A stretch of 64,000 nucleotides of DNA from the human T2T-CHM13v2.0 reference genome, Homo sapiens, in assembly GCF_009914755.1 (NCBI RefSeq), contig NC_060937.1; one strand, given 5' to 3'. Positions 1-14,632 of this stretch are shown one piece after another (within the stretch, counting starts at the first letter, position 1; every line of letters starts with the position of its first letter). The position numbers and the translations under genes were made by a program. The notes below the pieces were generated by a model, which saw only the letters and a list, made by a program, of their open reading frames with translations, made no database searches and was not told where the DNA came from.

Positions 1-1290
1 TGAGAGTGATGATTTAGAGTATCTGGTGGAAGAAATTTTTAAGCAAGAAAAAAATTCAAGATGTGACCTGGCTGCTTCAAAAAACCTATTCTTATATTCA
101 TGAGCAAAGAAATGGCCAGCAACTGGAACTTATATTTACAAGGGAAGCAAAGTGTAAATGTTTGCAAATTTTGCAGCCCAGCTCTGTGGTAGAAATGAAA
201 AACCCATTTTCTGGGGAGGAATTCAAGCTGGCTACAGAAATATGCATGAGTAAAGACGAGCCAAATGATAACAACGAAGACAATTAGAAAAATGCCTTGA
301 AAGGTTTCTGAAAGTTCAGAAACCTTTGCAGCAGCCCCTCCCATCACAGGTCCAAAGGGCTAGGAGGAAAAGTGGGGCCCAGGGCTCCGCTGCCCTTTGC
401 AACCTCAGGACACTGCTTCTTGCGTCCCAGTAGCTCAAGCTCTTGCCATGACTAAAAGGGCCCCAGATACATCTCAGACCACTGCTGCAGAGGGTTCAAG
501 TTGTAAGCCTTAATGGCTTCCACATGGGTTTAAGCCTGCAAGTGCACAGAGTGCAAGAGTTGAGGCTTGGGAGCATCTGCCCAGATTTCAAGGATGTATG
601 GAAGTCTCTGGAGTCTAGGTAGAAGTCTGTTGGAAGGGCAGAGCCCTCATGGAGCAACTCTGCTAAGGCAGTACAGAGGGAAAATATGAGGTTGGAGTCC
701 CCAGACAGAGTCCCCCACCTAGGGAACTGCCTAATGGAGCTTTGATAAGAAAGCCATCATCCTCCAGACCCCAGAATGGTAGATGCACCAGCAGCTTGCA
801 CCATGCACCTGGAAAACCCACAGGTACTTAATGCCAGCCCATAAAGGCAGGCATGGGGGCTATATCCTGCAGAGCCACAGGGGTGCAGATGCTCAAGGCC
901 CTGTGAGCCCACCACTTGCATCAGTATGGCTTGGATGTGAGACATAGAGTTAAAGGAGATTATTTTGGAACTTTAAGATTAAATGGCTGCCCTTCTGGGT
1001 TTTAGACTTGCCTGGGGTCTGTAGCCCCTTTATTTTGGTCAATACTCCCTTTTGGAAAGGAAGCAATTACCCAATGCCTAGACTCTGATTGTATCTTGAA
1101 AGTAACTAACTTGTTTTTTGTTTTACAGGCTCATAGGTGGAAGGGACCTGTCTTGTATCAGATGAGACTTTGGACTATGGACTTTGAGTTAACACTGAAA
1201 TGAGTTAAGACTTTGGAGACTATTGAGAAGGGATGATTGTATTTTACAATGTGAGAAGGACATGAAATTTGGGAGACACCAAGGGCAGAA
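1..1290 (+). mobile_element. MaLR internal region (MST-int), runs off the window start
   Basis: Typical MaLR-int sequence (cctccagaccccagaatggtaga..., ttttacaggctcataggtggaagggac..., gactttgagttaa). Ends in purine tract aagggcagaa directly before an LTR starting TGATATGG. Confidence 0.85.
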
Positions 1291-1612
1291 TGATATGGCT
1301 TGAATTTGTTTCCCCACACAAATCTCACGTCAAATCATAAACCCCAATGCTGGAGGCGGGGCCTGGTGGGATGTGATTAGATCATGGGGGCGGATTTCCC
1401 CCTTGCTATTCTCATGATAGTGAGTGAGTTCTCGCTAGATCTGGTCATTTAAAGGTGTGTAGCATCTACCCCCCTCTCTTCCTCCTGTTCTGTCCATGTA
1501 AGATGTGCCTGCTTCCTCTTTGCCTTCTGCCATAATTGTAAGTTTTCTAAGTCCTGCCCAGCCATGCTAACTGTACAACCTATGGGATTGTAAGCCAATT
1601 AAACTTCTTTTT
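1291..1612 (+). mobile_element. MST-type MaLR 3' LTR (MSTA-like), 3'-truncated
   Basis: Starts tgatatggcttgaatttgtttccccac; contains ctggaggcggggcctggtggg and ctcatgatagtgagtgagttctc; similarity stops after gccaattaaacttc. Confidence 0.8.
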
Positions 1613-1668
1613 TTCTATTTAATAGTAAAATCTCAGAGCAGATTAAGATTTTTCTGAATTTTTTATCA

Positions 1669-2106
<438 letters not shown>

Positions 2107-2487
2107 CCCTATTTAATTATTTTATTCAATCAGAAACTATCTAGTGTTTAATATAACTCAGGTGCTGCAAAAAAAACCTTGGGGATAGTTAAATTAAAAA
2201 ACAGGCAAGACAAAGCCAGTGAGACTACAGTTTGTTGTCACATGTGACAATTATAATTAAGGTATGGTAGCAAGGGAGGAATTACCCATTTGCTCTGAGT
2301 TAGAGCTCTTATTCACAAGCCTGATCTATATTCACTATCTGCAGTCTTCATGTCATGTTTCTATGTTTACATAAAACAAATTGATGTCTGAAACTAACCT
2401 AAAACTGCTATATTCTTATTTAAATTGCACTGCTAGGTTGACAATAAATCAATGGGTTTCCCAAAGTCAACATCAAATTGACACTTA

Positions 2488-3405
2488 ATTTTTTTAATTA
2501 ATATATAATATTTGTACATTTTATGGGGTAACTGTGGTATTTTGATGCCTGTATACAATATGTAATGATCAAATCAGGGTATACAGGATATCTATCACCT
2601 CAAAAATTAATCATTTATTTTGGAAACATTTCACATCTCCTCTCCTTGTTATTTTAAAATGTACTATATATTGTTGTTAACTATTATTTTAAAATGTACA
2701 ATATATTGTTGTTAACTATAGTGACCCTACTAAACTATCAAGCGCTAGAACTTTTTCCTTCTTTCTGTCTGTTCATATCCATTAACCAATCTCTTTTAAT
2801 TCCCTTTCCCACACACTTCCCATCCTCTAGTAGGACTCATTTTACTCTCTGACTTCAAGAGGCCAACATTTTTAGCTCCCACATATGAGTAAGAACTTGC
2901 GATATTTGTCTTCCTGTGCCTGGCTCCTTTTGCTTAACATAATGACCTCCAGTCCATCCATGTTGCTACAAATGACAAGAAACGAACTATATGTATATAG
3001 ATATAGACATAGATAGATATAGATGTGTGTGTGTGTGTGTGTATATATATATACACATACTATCTATCTATCTGTATACTATCTATCTATACATACACAC
3101 ACAATGACATACTATTATTTTTATGCATCTGTCCATTGATGAACACTAAGGTTGATTCTGTGTCTTGATTATCATGAATAGTGCCGCAATAAACATGGGA
3201 GTGCAGATGTCCCTTTGATATACTGATTTTCATTCTTTTCCATAAATACCAAGCAGTGGGATTGCTGGATTAAATGATAGTTCTATATTTACTTATTTAA
3301 GAAATATTCATAATGTTTTTCATAAATGTTATACTAACTTACATTCCCACTAAACAGTGCATGAGAGTTCTCTTGTCGCCATCCTTACCAGCATTTGTTA
3401 TTTTG
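2488..3405 (-). mobile_element. L1 3' end (L1MA-like) with internal microsatellite at ~2988-3102
   Basis: Antisense L1 3'UTR/ORF2-end motifs: tgtaatgatcaaatcagggt, ttttagctcccacatatgagt, gtgccgcaataaacatgggagtgcag, acattcccac. Confidence 0.85.
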
Positions 3406-5144
3406 GTAGATTATTTTGTTATTCAGTCCTTAAAAGCTATTGAATTTGAATTGAATAAATTCTTCTTTTTCTTTATAGTAATATATTCTTAAGTGCTGAT
3501 CAATTACAAGTGAAATTCATATTATTTGCAAGGTAATTTATTTCCTATTTTTCTATTTTCAAATTATATTTAAATCATACCTTTCTAAAAAATTTGAAAT
3601 CAGTTTTACAAAACAAGTTTAGTTGAGTAAAATTTTTAGAAGAAAGATTTGTTTCTATTAAAGCTGTATTTTAACTTTAGATATAAAAGAGTCCTTGGAG
3701 TTCATTATATAACTGAATCCCAGAAAAGTGCCATGAGTTTGACAAAGCCACACACAGAATTGTTAACATATCTAATACTAAAATCAGAACTTTTCTTTCA
3801 CATAGTTTATCCTATAGCATTGTGTATATTACCTCATATAAAAATACAAATAATAAAAAGTAAGAAAGAGTTCACAAATTATTTTACACCAACAACTGGT
3901 AATCTATTCAATTACATGTGAGTAATGTCAGTATTTGTGGGAAACATCATTTGTTATAGCAAAACATGAAGTATCTTTGGAAAATTCTCCCAATGTATTT
4001 GGTATAGGCTGATATCAGCTGATCCAGGGACTACAGTCATAGACAGGTTTATGGATATTTGAAATTTCCTGTTACTTGAAGTATGGATTTCATCATATTA
4101 TTCTGTATACAACTTCCAAATACACATTAACATATAAAACTATCCTATATAGACTATAGAAACTATATAGGCTATAAAAAGCAAGTAAGCACTGCAACTA
4201 TTATGCTTATTACCAGTTAAAACTTGAAGTTGTTATTTTTAAAAAATGAGACTGTACAGCAATTATACATGCTTTTTAGACATGGTTCAAAATATGGATT
4301 AAGTTTTGTCAATTGGTAAATTAAATAATGAAGTCATGAGTCTCAATAGCTTGTTTATCACTTTCATATTTTATGTTTCAACATTTTTGAATACTTGACT
4401 TATAGATAGATGTGGAAACTTTTAATAAATTAGTAAAACTTTTCTTTCTTCAAAAGAAACATATTTTGTTTCATATGACATAAATAAAAATACAAAGTGC
4501 AATTGTTATTTAGATCCCACAAGTCATAATTTTTCTTGGCTGAGAGCATAATAAACAATTTCTATTTTTTGTGCCCATAGAGACAAAGTGAAGCAGTTCA
4601 TATCTGATGAAATCAAGAAATAAGAAGATAACTATTTTAAGTATGTTATGATGCACTGCGTTTACTTTAAAAGTAATTTTTTTTTTGCTTATGTTTTCTA
4701 TTATACTTAATATTAAATACAAGGAGTGAAAAGATACTATTTTCCCTCAGGAAAGGCAGCAGTGTTTGCTATTTATTTACACCCTAAAACGATGCTTGTT
4801 TATTAAATATATATTTTTAAATGATTTCAACAAAGCAGATTTAGGACTATCCAGTTACACATAAATAAGTGGGTGATACATGTAAAGAATAATGACCATA
4901 CATAACATATTCAGTTTCAATAAAAGTACCTCACATCCCCACATGTCTTCATGTCAGACACTCACAATTTTTTTAACAGCTGAGAGTATTCAAATTGTAT
5001 TATTGATTGGACAAAATAAAATAATTTTCTCTTAAATTGATTTAAGAACTGAGATAGAATTTAAAGCTGGAAATAATGTGATCGCTTGGTAGATTTTAAA
5101 GTTATCAATTAGCATATTTAGCGTTATTTCATACAAGGCTTCTT

Positions 5145-5448
5145 ATTTTTATTATTGTATTTATTATTGTTAATTGACAAATAATAATTGTATATATTTA
5201 TGGGGACTAGGGTGATATTTTGATACATGCATGCAATGTGTAAGGATCAAATTAGGGTAATTAGCATATCTATCACCTGAGACGTTTATCGTTTGTTTTT
5301 TGTTAGCAACTTTATATAACCAGCTCTTCTGGCTATTTGATATTAGCCATGCTAACTAGAGAGAGATGATATCTCATTATAGTTTTGATTTTCATTTCCC
5401 TAATGATTGGTGAGTTGGCAATTTTAAAAACATAACTGTTGTCTATTT
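5145..5448 (-). mobile_element. L1MA-like 3' fragment
   Basis: taattgacaaataataattgtatatatttatgggg...aatgtgtaaggatcaaattagggtaattagcatatc; then gagatgatatctcattatagttttgatt. Confidence 0.7.
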
Positions 5449-5449
5449 C

Positions 5450-5627
<178 letters not shown>

Positions 5628-5947
5628 TGAGAATGAGAGAGGGTTTAAGAGGCAAAGGAAAAATGAAATTAAATTAGAGATGAATAAACATTCATCAAAT
5701 CAAGGAGGCAATCTGTTATAAAATAATTGTAACAAATTTAAAGACCCAAGGTGAGGAATTTTCATAAGGAGATATAAGAAGCAGAGCAGTATACAAGATC
5801 TGAAAATTCCTTAGGGGAGTGATGGAATTGATATTATTGTAACTAATTCTTACCATAGCTTTATCAACCTTGTTTAAGCATTTATTCATTAGGAATTTGG
5901 GTTATTATCAACAAAATAATGAGGGTGGAGAATTAATAATATCAAAT

Positions 5948-6180
5948 GACAACATAGGGTGACCCCATCTCTACAATTTTTTTTTTTTTAATTAACTGGG
6001 CATGGTGGTGCTGGCCTGTAGTCCTGGTCCTAACTAGGTGGTGGAAGGCTGAAGTGGGAAGACTGGTCACATCCAGGAGTTCATGATTGCAGTGAGCTAT
6101 GACCTAGCTGTTGCACTCCAGCCTGGGTGAAATGTTGAAACATTATTTCCAAAAATAAATAAATAAATAAGAAAAAGAAA
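5948..6180 (+). mobile_element. Old Alu fragment (AluJ/FRAM-like)
   Basis: ccccatctctac, ctgggcatggtggtg, gcagtgagctatga, gcactccagcctgggtga, (AAAT)n tail. Confidence 0.75.
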
Positions 6181-9100
6181 TAAGAATCAAATAATAGAAG
6201 GCTAGGTAATTAAGTTTCAATGATAAATGAGACTTCTAAAAGTTTTAACTATTTTGTGTTTAATTATAATAAATATATTTTAAAATTGATATATTTTAGT
6301 TGTTATGAAATCGATACCCAAAAATATTAGAAAATTAATAGAGGTTTAATAAAGGCTTTATAATGAGAATCAGTAGTATTCTACCCCATCTATCTTACCT
6401 CTGCTCTTCAGAGAAAAGCATTTTAGATTTTTTTATGCAGTATTTTTTCATTACCTCCATTTTACTAAAAAATATGCTTAAACCATTGGAGATTCTGTCT
6501 GTTATAATAAATAAGAGTTTAGCTTATTTTAACACAATTCACTACACACAAATCACTCAATAAAGAATAGAACATTACTTATAGAGTGAATATTAAAATT
6601 AATAAATTAAGAAAAAACTTAGAAGGAACTGGTATGTAGTACATTCTTAATTAGTGTTATTATTAATTTTTTATTCATCAATTCTAATACACATTCTTTC
6701 ACTATGGATTGTTAATCATATTATAGCTGTTAGTGTTCTTTCTTTGTGGTAAATGAAATAATGGTGTATGTTATGATTGAGTTAACTCATAGATTTTATA
6801 AAATATTCTTTGTCTTATTCCTGATGTTATTAAACCTGTAGATTGAATCTTACATTTGAAAATAGAAATCGTATAAATATTATGTCAATGTAAATATGGT
6901 TAATGCAAAGTTATTTAAAATACTGATTAAAATGTCTTCTTTCGTTCTCATATTTTTTAAAACCTTCTTAACCTATTTCAAATTCTGAATATAATATCCT
7001 TTCTTTTGGATATATTTCTCCTGTAAATCTTTGATTAAACTGGCGTAATCTTAACTGCCTTCTTAATAGGAGAGCAGCAGAGATGAGTCCATGGTACCTA
7101 CATTACACTGCTTTCCTGATTTGGGAAACTTCCATTAACTCAATTCCATAAGTAAACCCTTATTTTGCTTAAGCATATTATGCATAACATACCAAGAAAC
7201 AGATTGTGAAAATTTGAGTCTTTGAGGACTTTTTAATGTACATAAAATGTCTTCATATTGTCCTCATTATTATTCAGTAATTTAGTTTAATTTTATAATT
7301 CTATACTGAAAATTTTTATGATTTTTTTTTCTTTTTTCCTGTTTACTGCTGATTTGTAGCATACAGTGTAGTTCATGAGAAGTATAATTCAAATCTGGTC
7401 AGCATTTAATTTTGTAGTAATCTAGTAGTAGAATCATTAATTTTGTTATGATTTTTAAAAATGTTTTCCTTATAAAAGCTTTTATAATCATTTATTTGTG
7501 TGCTGAAACGTCACTATATATGAGTAGAGTTTTTTAATATGGCTGTGTGCATGTGTCTTTGTGTTCTATGTGCTCGTTGGTCCCTTTCAATATATAGAAT
7601 TTTATCTTTGGGTTCATTAAAATTATCCTATATTATTTCTTTGGTAAATTTTTTCTTCTCTAAAGTTTTTTGGTCTCTTTTTCTAAAAATTTTATTTTAT
7701 TGACCTCTGTTCCACTTCAAGGAGGTTTTCTTAACAGGGAGATTTTATCTAGGGACAAACATGAAGAAATTTGTGCTTAAAATATATAATTGGCTGCAGT
7801 ATAAAAAACTTATTAGTAACCCTTTCTCTAAAGGACTTGCAGGATAATTATATGTATCCAGAGAATAGGCTCAGGTAATTTTTGTCTTTATTAGTCTTCC
7901 TTCTTTTTCTTCCTAACTCTGAAGATATTTATTCATGCCCTTTTGATACAAACTTTCCAAAAATTCATTTCAGTAAAATGTGTCTAACAGACTGAGAGTT
8001 GGTAGATAGTAGCTTAAGCTAAAATTTATTTCTATTAGGCTACTAAAGATGTACATTTATACAAAACTTGTAGGAGATATGTGGCTGATTCTTATCTAAT
8101 ATTCTTATTTTATATAACATTTCAATACTACCTGAATATGGAAGTAGAAAAATAAAATTAATTTATTAGAAATCTGCAAAATGCAGCATTATATTATGCT
8201 GAGTTTAAAAGAAGTATAAATCTCAAGGAGTTCATAGGCTTTTGAGGCATGGATATATGAACAAATAATTTTAATGTGCTATTTAAAATGCTATAAAGAA
8301 AACATATAAAAGTCATACTGAAATCCAGGGACTTAAAGCAGAAAATTCAAGTTTGGTAGGTGGGAGTCAGGTAGGAGATAAAGATCTTATAGATTTCTTA
8401 TAAGTAACTTCTGAATAAATTACTTATTTATGGATTGGTAAGATTATATCACACATGAAGCTAAAGATTAGATACCATGGATCACACTTATAACTACTAT
8501 GATAATCATAACCTCTATTAATTAAAAATATATAGCAAGCTCAGTATTTTTTTAATATTCGTAGTTTTTTTCACTGCCAGATTTAAGGAACAGAATATTT
8601 AAATTGTGTTTGGAGAATGAAGGTGAGATGAAATGTTAATCAACCTTGAATATCAGGTTAAAGACTGAATTTTATAAAGTTGGAGACTCAAGTGAGTTAC
8701 AGTGGATATATTTTTTAAGTAGTGTAGAATTATTATAATCTAGAGCTAGACATTATGAAATCCTTAAAATAACTCATATATCCTTAATAAATTAACCATA
8801 TTATTTTAGCAGATCACAGAACACATATAATTAAAATTACTCCTAAGATATAATATTCCATCTCTTCAGTTTCTACTACTAAATCTAAGGAGAACAATTA
8901 ACACAGCACTGGAAATATGCACATGTTTTGCTTTAAACTTTGATATTCAGTTGGAATTGCAAAAGTGATTTGATAATTAGGACTCTTAATGATTAGTATC
9001 AGATTGAAACCATTATAAAGAATTCATAACATGATATGGTTTTACTATTGTCTGTGTAACCATATGGGAGTTTCACTTTTTACTCTTTTTACAGCTGATT

Positions 9101-10550
9101 TGTGCCAACACATTAGCCTCATTTTCCTAAGCATAATTTTAACAAGGGGTTGTCATGTATGACATTTTGTTTACATTACTGGGCTTAATTTCTGAGGAAG
9201 AGAAGTCGGTATCAACCAAAGTGCCATAGAATTGACAGAATCAGAAAGAAAACCTCATTGTTCAATACGTTATTGCCTTATTTTACCGATAATTTTGCTA
9301 TGGAGATATTCAGAAAATATAATGTTCTAAAGTTTCACTACTGGATGTCAGATGGCATTACTTGGGCTAATCAAATAAGATTTTTAAACTTCTATGTGCC
9401 TACTGTTTATTCCATCTGTTTGCTTTGTTCTTGTCATATATCACAGCATATGAAATCCACTTTATTTTTTTAATTTTCAAATTTAAAAATTTATTTTTAT
9501 GTGTGCTTTGCAATTGTAAACTTTAAAGAAGTTCACAGAAAATACAAAAGCTTGATTTTCAGTGAGTGATACTTAACAAATCGATATTTAAGAACATAAA
9601 TATGAGTAACTCATTTTTTTGGAGATGTCATTCCCTGGATATCTTTCCAGTTATGAAGAGTCTAATCTCCTTCAGTCAGAGCTACATCCACCTATGCCGG
9701 CACCTAGATAAGAAGGACTTTCACCTTTCTTCAAATGTGCTTGAGAACTTCTGGTGTTGTAGGAAGTGGGGATGAGTTAGGAGAGGTTTGACAGTATTGA
9801 CTTGAACACATACTAGAGAACAACTCCATTTGGCTGTTGAACTTTTTCCTGGCTTTCTCCTATCTGGGGAGCCTGAGTGTGATAAATGCTGTCATTGCTC
9901 AGTGTTTGGATGGTTTCAATCCTCTCAGTTAAAAAATCTTAGAAGAGTATTTGCAGGTACTATTTTTTATCAGGAAACAGTGGAGCAAGCTTATCACACT
10001 TTTAGGTGTATACTATTTTTAATATTTATAGTTTGTATATAACTATCAATGCTATTTTTATATTTAGTCATATTACATTTTACATATACTCTCCTATGGC
10101 AATTTATCACTTTCCAGTTTCATGTCTTATATCCTAAATCATTTGGAAGATTCATTAAAAGTTATCCTGATTTAGGCAATCAATTAGTATTTTATTTAAC
10201 ACTTACTTTGTAGTCTATGTCTCCTTCTCCTACCCCCAGGCCAAAGCTATCAACATTGTTTGTTGACCCATGCTTTCACTATTCCATCTGATAAAAGTGA
10301 GTATATTAATATAAAATTCATCATCCTATGATAGATTGGAAGAACAAACACTGTTCTGGACCCATTTGTTTGACACTGTGATGTCTTTAAAGGTCAAATA
10401 AATATGTATATATTTATATTGCTAGCAAATATTTTCCAGTTAACCATTTAAGAACATTAAATATGGCTAAATTTTATATAATGAATTATACTAAACTAAT
10501 TGCCATGATAGACACAAACATTTTTTTGTTTAGCCAATGGTTGTATCCTT

Positions 10551-10581
10551 CTGTCTCTCTCTCTCTCTCTCTTTCTCTCTC

Positions 10582-10616
<35 letters not shown>

Positions 10617-10627
10617 GCATTACATGG

Positions 10628-10668
<41 letters not shown>

Positions 10669-10755
10669 TACATGGGTATATATATATATATGGCATTACA
10701 TGGGTATATATATATATATATATATGGCATTACATGGAGACATATATATATATAT
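10551..10755. repeat. Compound (TC)n/(TA)n microsatellite with 4 embedded copies of TGGCATTACATGG
   Basis: Core copies at 10615, 10663, 10691 and 10725, separated by variable (TA)n. Confidence 0.95.
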
Positions 10756-10857
10756 GTCTAACATTCAATTTTATATGTCCATAAATTTAAAAGAAGGAAT
10801 TCTGCCCACTTAACATTTGCATATAAAATGCTTTGTGGTATGTTTTGCTTTGGGTAT

Positions 10858-13270
10858 TGCATCAGTCCATTCTTGTATTTCTACAAAGAAATACCTGAGG
10901 CTGGGTAATTTATAAAGAAAAAAATTTTAATTGGCTCATGGCTTTGTAATCTGCACAGGAAACATGGCACTGGCATCTGCTCGGGTTGTGGTGAGGACCT
11001 CAGGAAGCTTCCAACCATGAGAGAAGGCAAAGGATGAACTGACATCTCACACGGCAGGAATGGAAGCAAGAATGAGAAGGTGGAGGCACCTCACACTTTT
11101 AAACAATCGAAATCATGAGAACTCACTCCTATCATGAGGACAGCATTAAGCCATGGGAGATTCACCCCTGTTACCCAAACACCTCCTACCAGGCCCCACC
11201 TCCAACATTGGGGATTACATTTCAATCTGAGATTTTGGTGGGGATAAATATCCAAACTACATGATTTGGCTCCTGGTTCTCCAAATCTTATGTTCTTCTC
11301 ACACTGCAAAATACAAACATACATTTCCAATGGTCCCCCCAGAGGAGTCCCTCATTTTTCTCCCAAATTGAATGAGTCTTAACTCATTCTAACATTAATT
11401 CAAAATACCAAACCAAGTCCAAAGTCTCATCTAGAGATAAGTTCCTTACATCTATGAGCCAGTAAAATAAAAACAAATTATTTACTTCCAATATACAATG
11501 GGGATTACAGGTATTGGGTAAACATGAGTGTTCTAAAAGGAATAATTTGGCCAAAGTAAGGGGCTACAGGCCCTATGCAAGTTCAACACCCAGCAGGGTA
11601 GTCATTAAACTTTAAAGCTCTAAAGTAATCTCCTTTTGACTCCATGTCTCAATCCAGGGCATGCTGGCGTGAAGGTTGCCCTCCTAAGCCCTTAGGCAGC
11701 TTTGCCTCTGTGGATTTTTCATACTGAGGTTGAAAGCTGCTGGCTCTATCATTCTGTGGTCTGAAGGACAGTGAACCCCTCCCACAGCTCCACTAGACAG
11801 TGCTATAGAGAAGACTCTGCTTGGGGACTCCAACCCCACATTTCCTCTTAGAACTACTCTAGTAGAGGCTCTCTGTGAGAGCTCCACTTCTGCAGTAGTC
11901 TTCTGCTTGGGCACCCAGGCTTTCTCATACATCCTCTGAAATCTAGGTAGAGACTGACAAGCTTCCTGACAAGCTTCCTTCACCCTTGCACTCTGTGCAG
12001 TTGCAAGGTTAACACCACATAGACACTCCCAAGATTTAAGGCTTGCACCCTCTGAAGCAGTGGCCTGAGGTGTACCTGGGACCCCTTGAGCCAAGGCTGG
12101 TGCCAAAGAAGCCTGTATGTAGGGAGCAGTGTCATCAGGTTGCATCAGACATCAGAGCCCCAGACCTCGCTTCCTCCTGGGCCTCTGGATCTGTGAATGG
12201 CAAGGGCTGCCTAGAAGTTCTGTGAAGTGTCTTTTAGGTCTTCCCCCATTGTCTTGGATATTAGCCCATGGCTTCTTTTTAGTCATGCCAATATATCTAG
12301 CAGATATTCCACAGCCCATTTGGAGTTTTCTCCTGATAATGCTTTCTTTTACTCTGCTTCATGGCTAGGCTGCAAATTTTCCAAATTTTTATGCTTCTTT
12401 AAATATTAAACAATGTTAAATCATTTATTTGCTCCCACATCTGAGCATAGCTTGTTAGAAGCAGTTACATCACTTCTGGAACACTTTACTGCTTAGATTT
12501 TTTTTTCTCCCAATACCCTAAGTAATTGCTCTTAAGTTGAAACGTTCACAGATCCCTAAGGCATGAACACAATGCAGCAGAATTCTTTACTAAAGCATAA
12601 TACACATGACCTTTGCTCTAGTTTCCCATAAGTTCCTCATTTCCATCTTAAACCTCATCAACCTTGCCTTCACTCTGAATATCACTATCAGCATTTTGGT
12701 CATGATTATTTAACCAGTCTATAAGAAGTTTTAAATTTTCCCTCATCTTTCTATCTCCTGAACCTGCCACACTCTTCTAACCTGTACCCATTACCCAGGT
12801 CCAAAGTTGCTTCCACATTTTCAGGTATCTTATAGCAATGTCCCACTCCTCAGTATCAATTTTCTATGTCAGGCTGTTCTTGACTTGCTACAAAGAAATA
12901 CCTGAAGCCAGGTAATTTATAAAGAAAAGATATTAATTAGCTCATGGTTCTGAATTCTGTACAGGAAGCATGGTGCTGACATCTGTCTGGTATATGGTAA
13001 GGGCCTCAAGAAGTTTTAATTATGTTGGAAGATAAAGGGTGACCAGGCATCTCGTATGGCAGGAATTGGGACAGGAAGAGTGGGAGAAGATACTGCATAC
13101 ATTTAAACAAACAGATCTTATGAGAACTTGCTCACTATTGAAAGGAAAACACCAAGGTGCGAGAGATCTCCTCCCATGACACAAATGCCATATGCCAGGT
13201 ACTACCTCCAACACTGGGGATTACCTTTCAACATGAGATTAGGGAAGGGAGAAATATCCAAACTATATCA
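10858..13270 (-). mobile_element. Full-length MST (MSTB-like) MaLR: LTR 10858-11264, internal 11265-12864, LTR 12865-13270
   Basis: Two ~406-bp direct LTRs (aaagaaatacctga...ggtaatttataaagaaa...atccaaacta) around ~1.6 kb of MaLR-int. 5-bp TSD GGTAT at 10853-10857 and 13271-13275. Confidence 0.92.
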
Positions 13271-13401
13271 GGTATGATATTTAAAAGATGATACATGAAA
13301 TTTCTCACATTAAGTTCTGGCCCTTCTTTTCAAACACAATCTCTCTTCAAAAAAGTGTTCTCTGAGGGGCTTCTCAATTTTTCCTCCTCCCTGATGAATA
13401 A

Positions 13402-13750
<349 letters not shown>

Positions 13751-14129
13751 GTGTATTTATTTTCTATTCAGTATATTTAGATTACAGATCCATGGAAATT
13801 TAGAGGTGAAAGAATTCAAATTCCAACGCCTCTACTTATGATCTCACTAACTTTGATCTACTCACTTAATCCAAAGCCTCAGTTAGTGTACCTGTAAATA
13901 AGTAAAGTAATAGCTGCATCACAAAGGTGTTTCTGAGATATATAACAAATGTGTTACACAGTGCTTAACACAGAGTCTTGAATGTAGTAAGTGCTCAACT
14001 TGTTAGGTTTTTTTATTTCTGTTACTCTATATATAAGACAATTGGTCTAAATTAGTTAAACATAAAATAAGGAATTTATCATAAATTAGCATCAATGATG
14101 AATGTGTTTGTTTTCATTATGGGGCATCT

Positions 14130-14632
14130 AAATACTGCTGAATACCGGTTATGATAATACAAGCACAATAGCCAAATGATAGGAAAACACTGAGTTTATT
14201 ATTACTGAGTTAGGGAACAGGACTACTTTTTTAGATTTTAGTAGCATCTCCGAGAGAGGGAGAATAAAGTTGGGATATTTATGAGGTTTTGTGGTTTGAC
14301 TTAAAGTGAATTGTTCACTCTAGGAGTTTGTGGAAGAATCATGATATAATGGTTTAGAATTAACAGGGTACAGCACAGGAAGAATTTTATTTTGATGTTT
14401 TAAAATAGTCTCAGAAAGAAAACATTGATTTGATAATACATTTTTCAGAGTTGAACAGTTTGATTACGTAGGGAGACAGAATTTGTAGAACAAACAGTAA
14501 AATTATTCTCAACGTTTTTTCACTCTTGGTATGAGTTTCTGGCAATAATACAGTCATGTTGATAGAGACAGTGGAAAAGCAAAGTTATGTTAATACAAAA
14601 AGATCTTTGCTTTTGGATAGATCCAGACCTTA
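14130..14632 (-). mobile_element. Probable 3' LTR of an ancient ERV1-class provirus
   Basis: Minus-strand AATAAA near 14195; purine tract (aagggaagac on minus) next to ~14635; lies downstream of env-like and pol remnants. Family not identified and boundaries approximate. Confidence 0.4.

Noticed and set aside
10615-10737. Repeat-spacer pattern resembling a CRISPR array
   Set aside because: Repeats are only 13 bp, spacers are (TA)n rather than unique, there are no cas genes, and the DNA is primate.
11684-12145. 153-aa ORF
   Set aside because: Decayed MaLR internal ORF, not a host gene.
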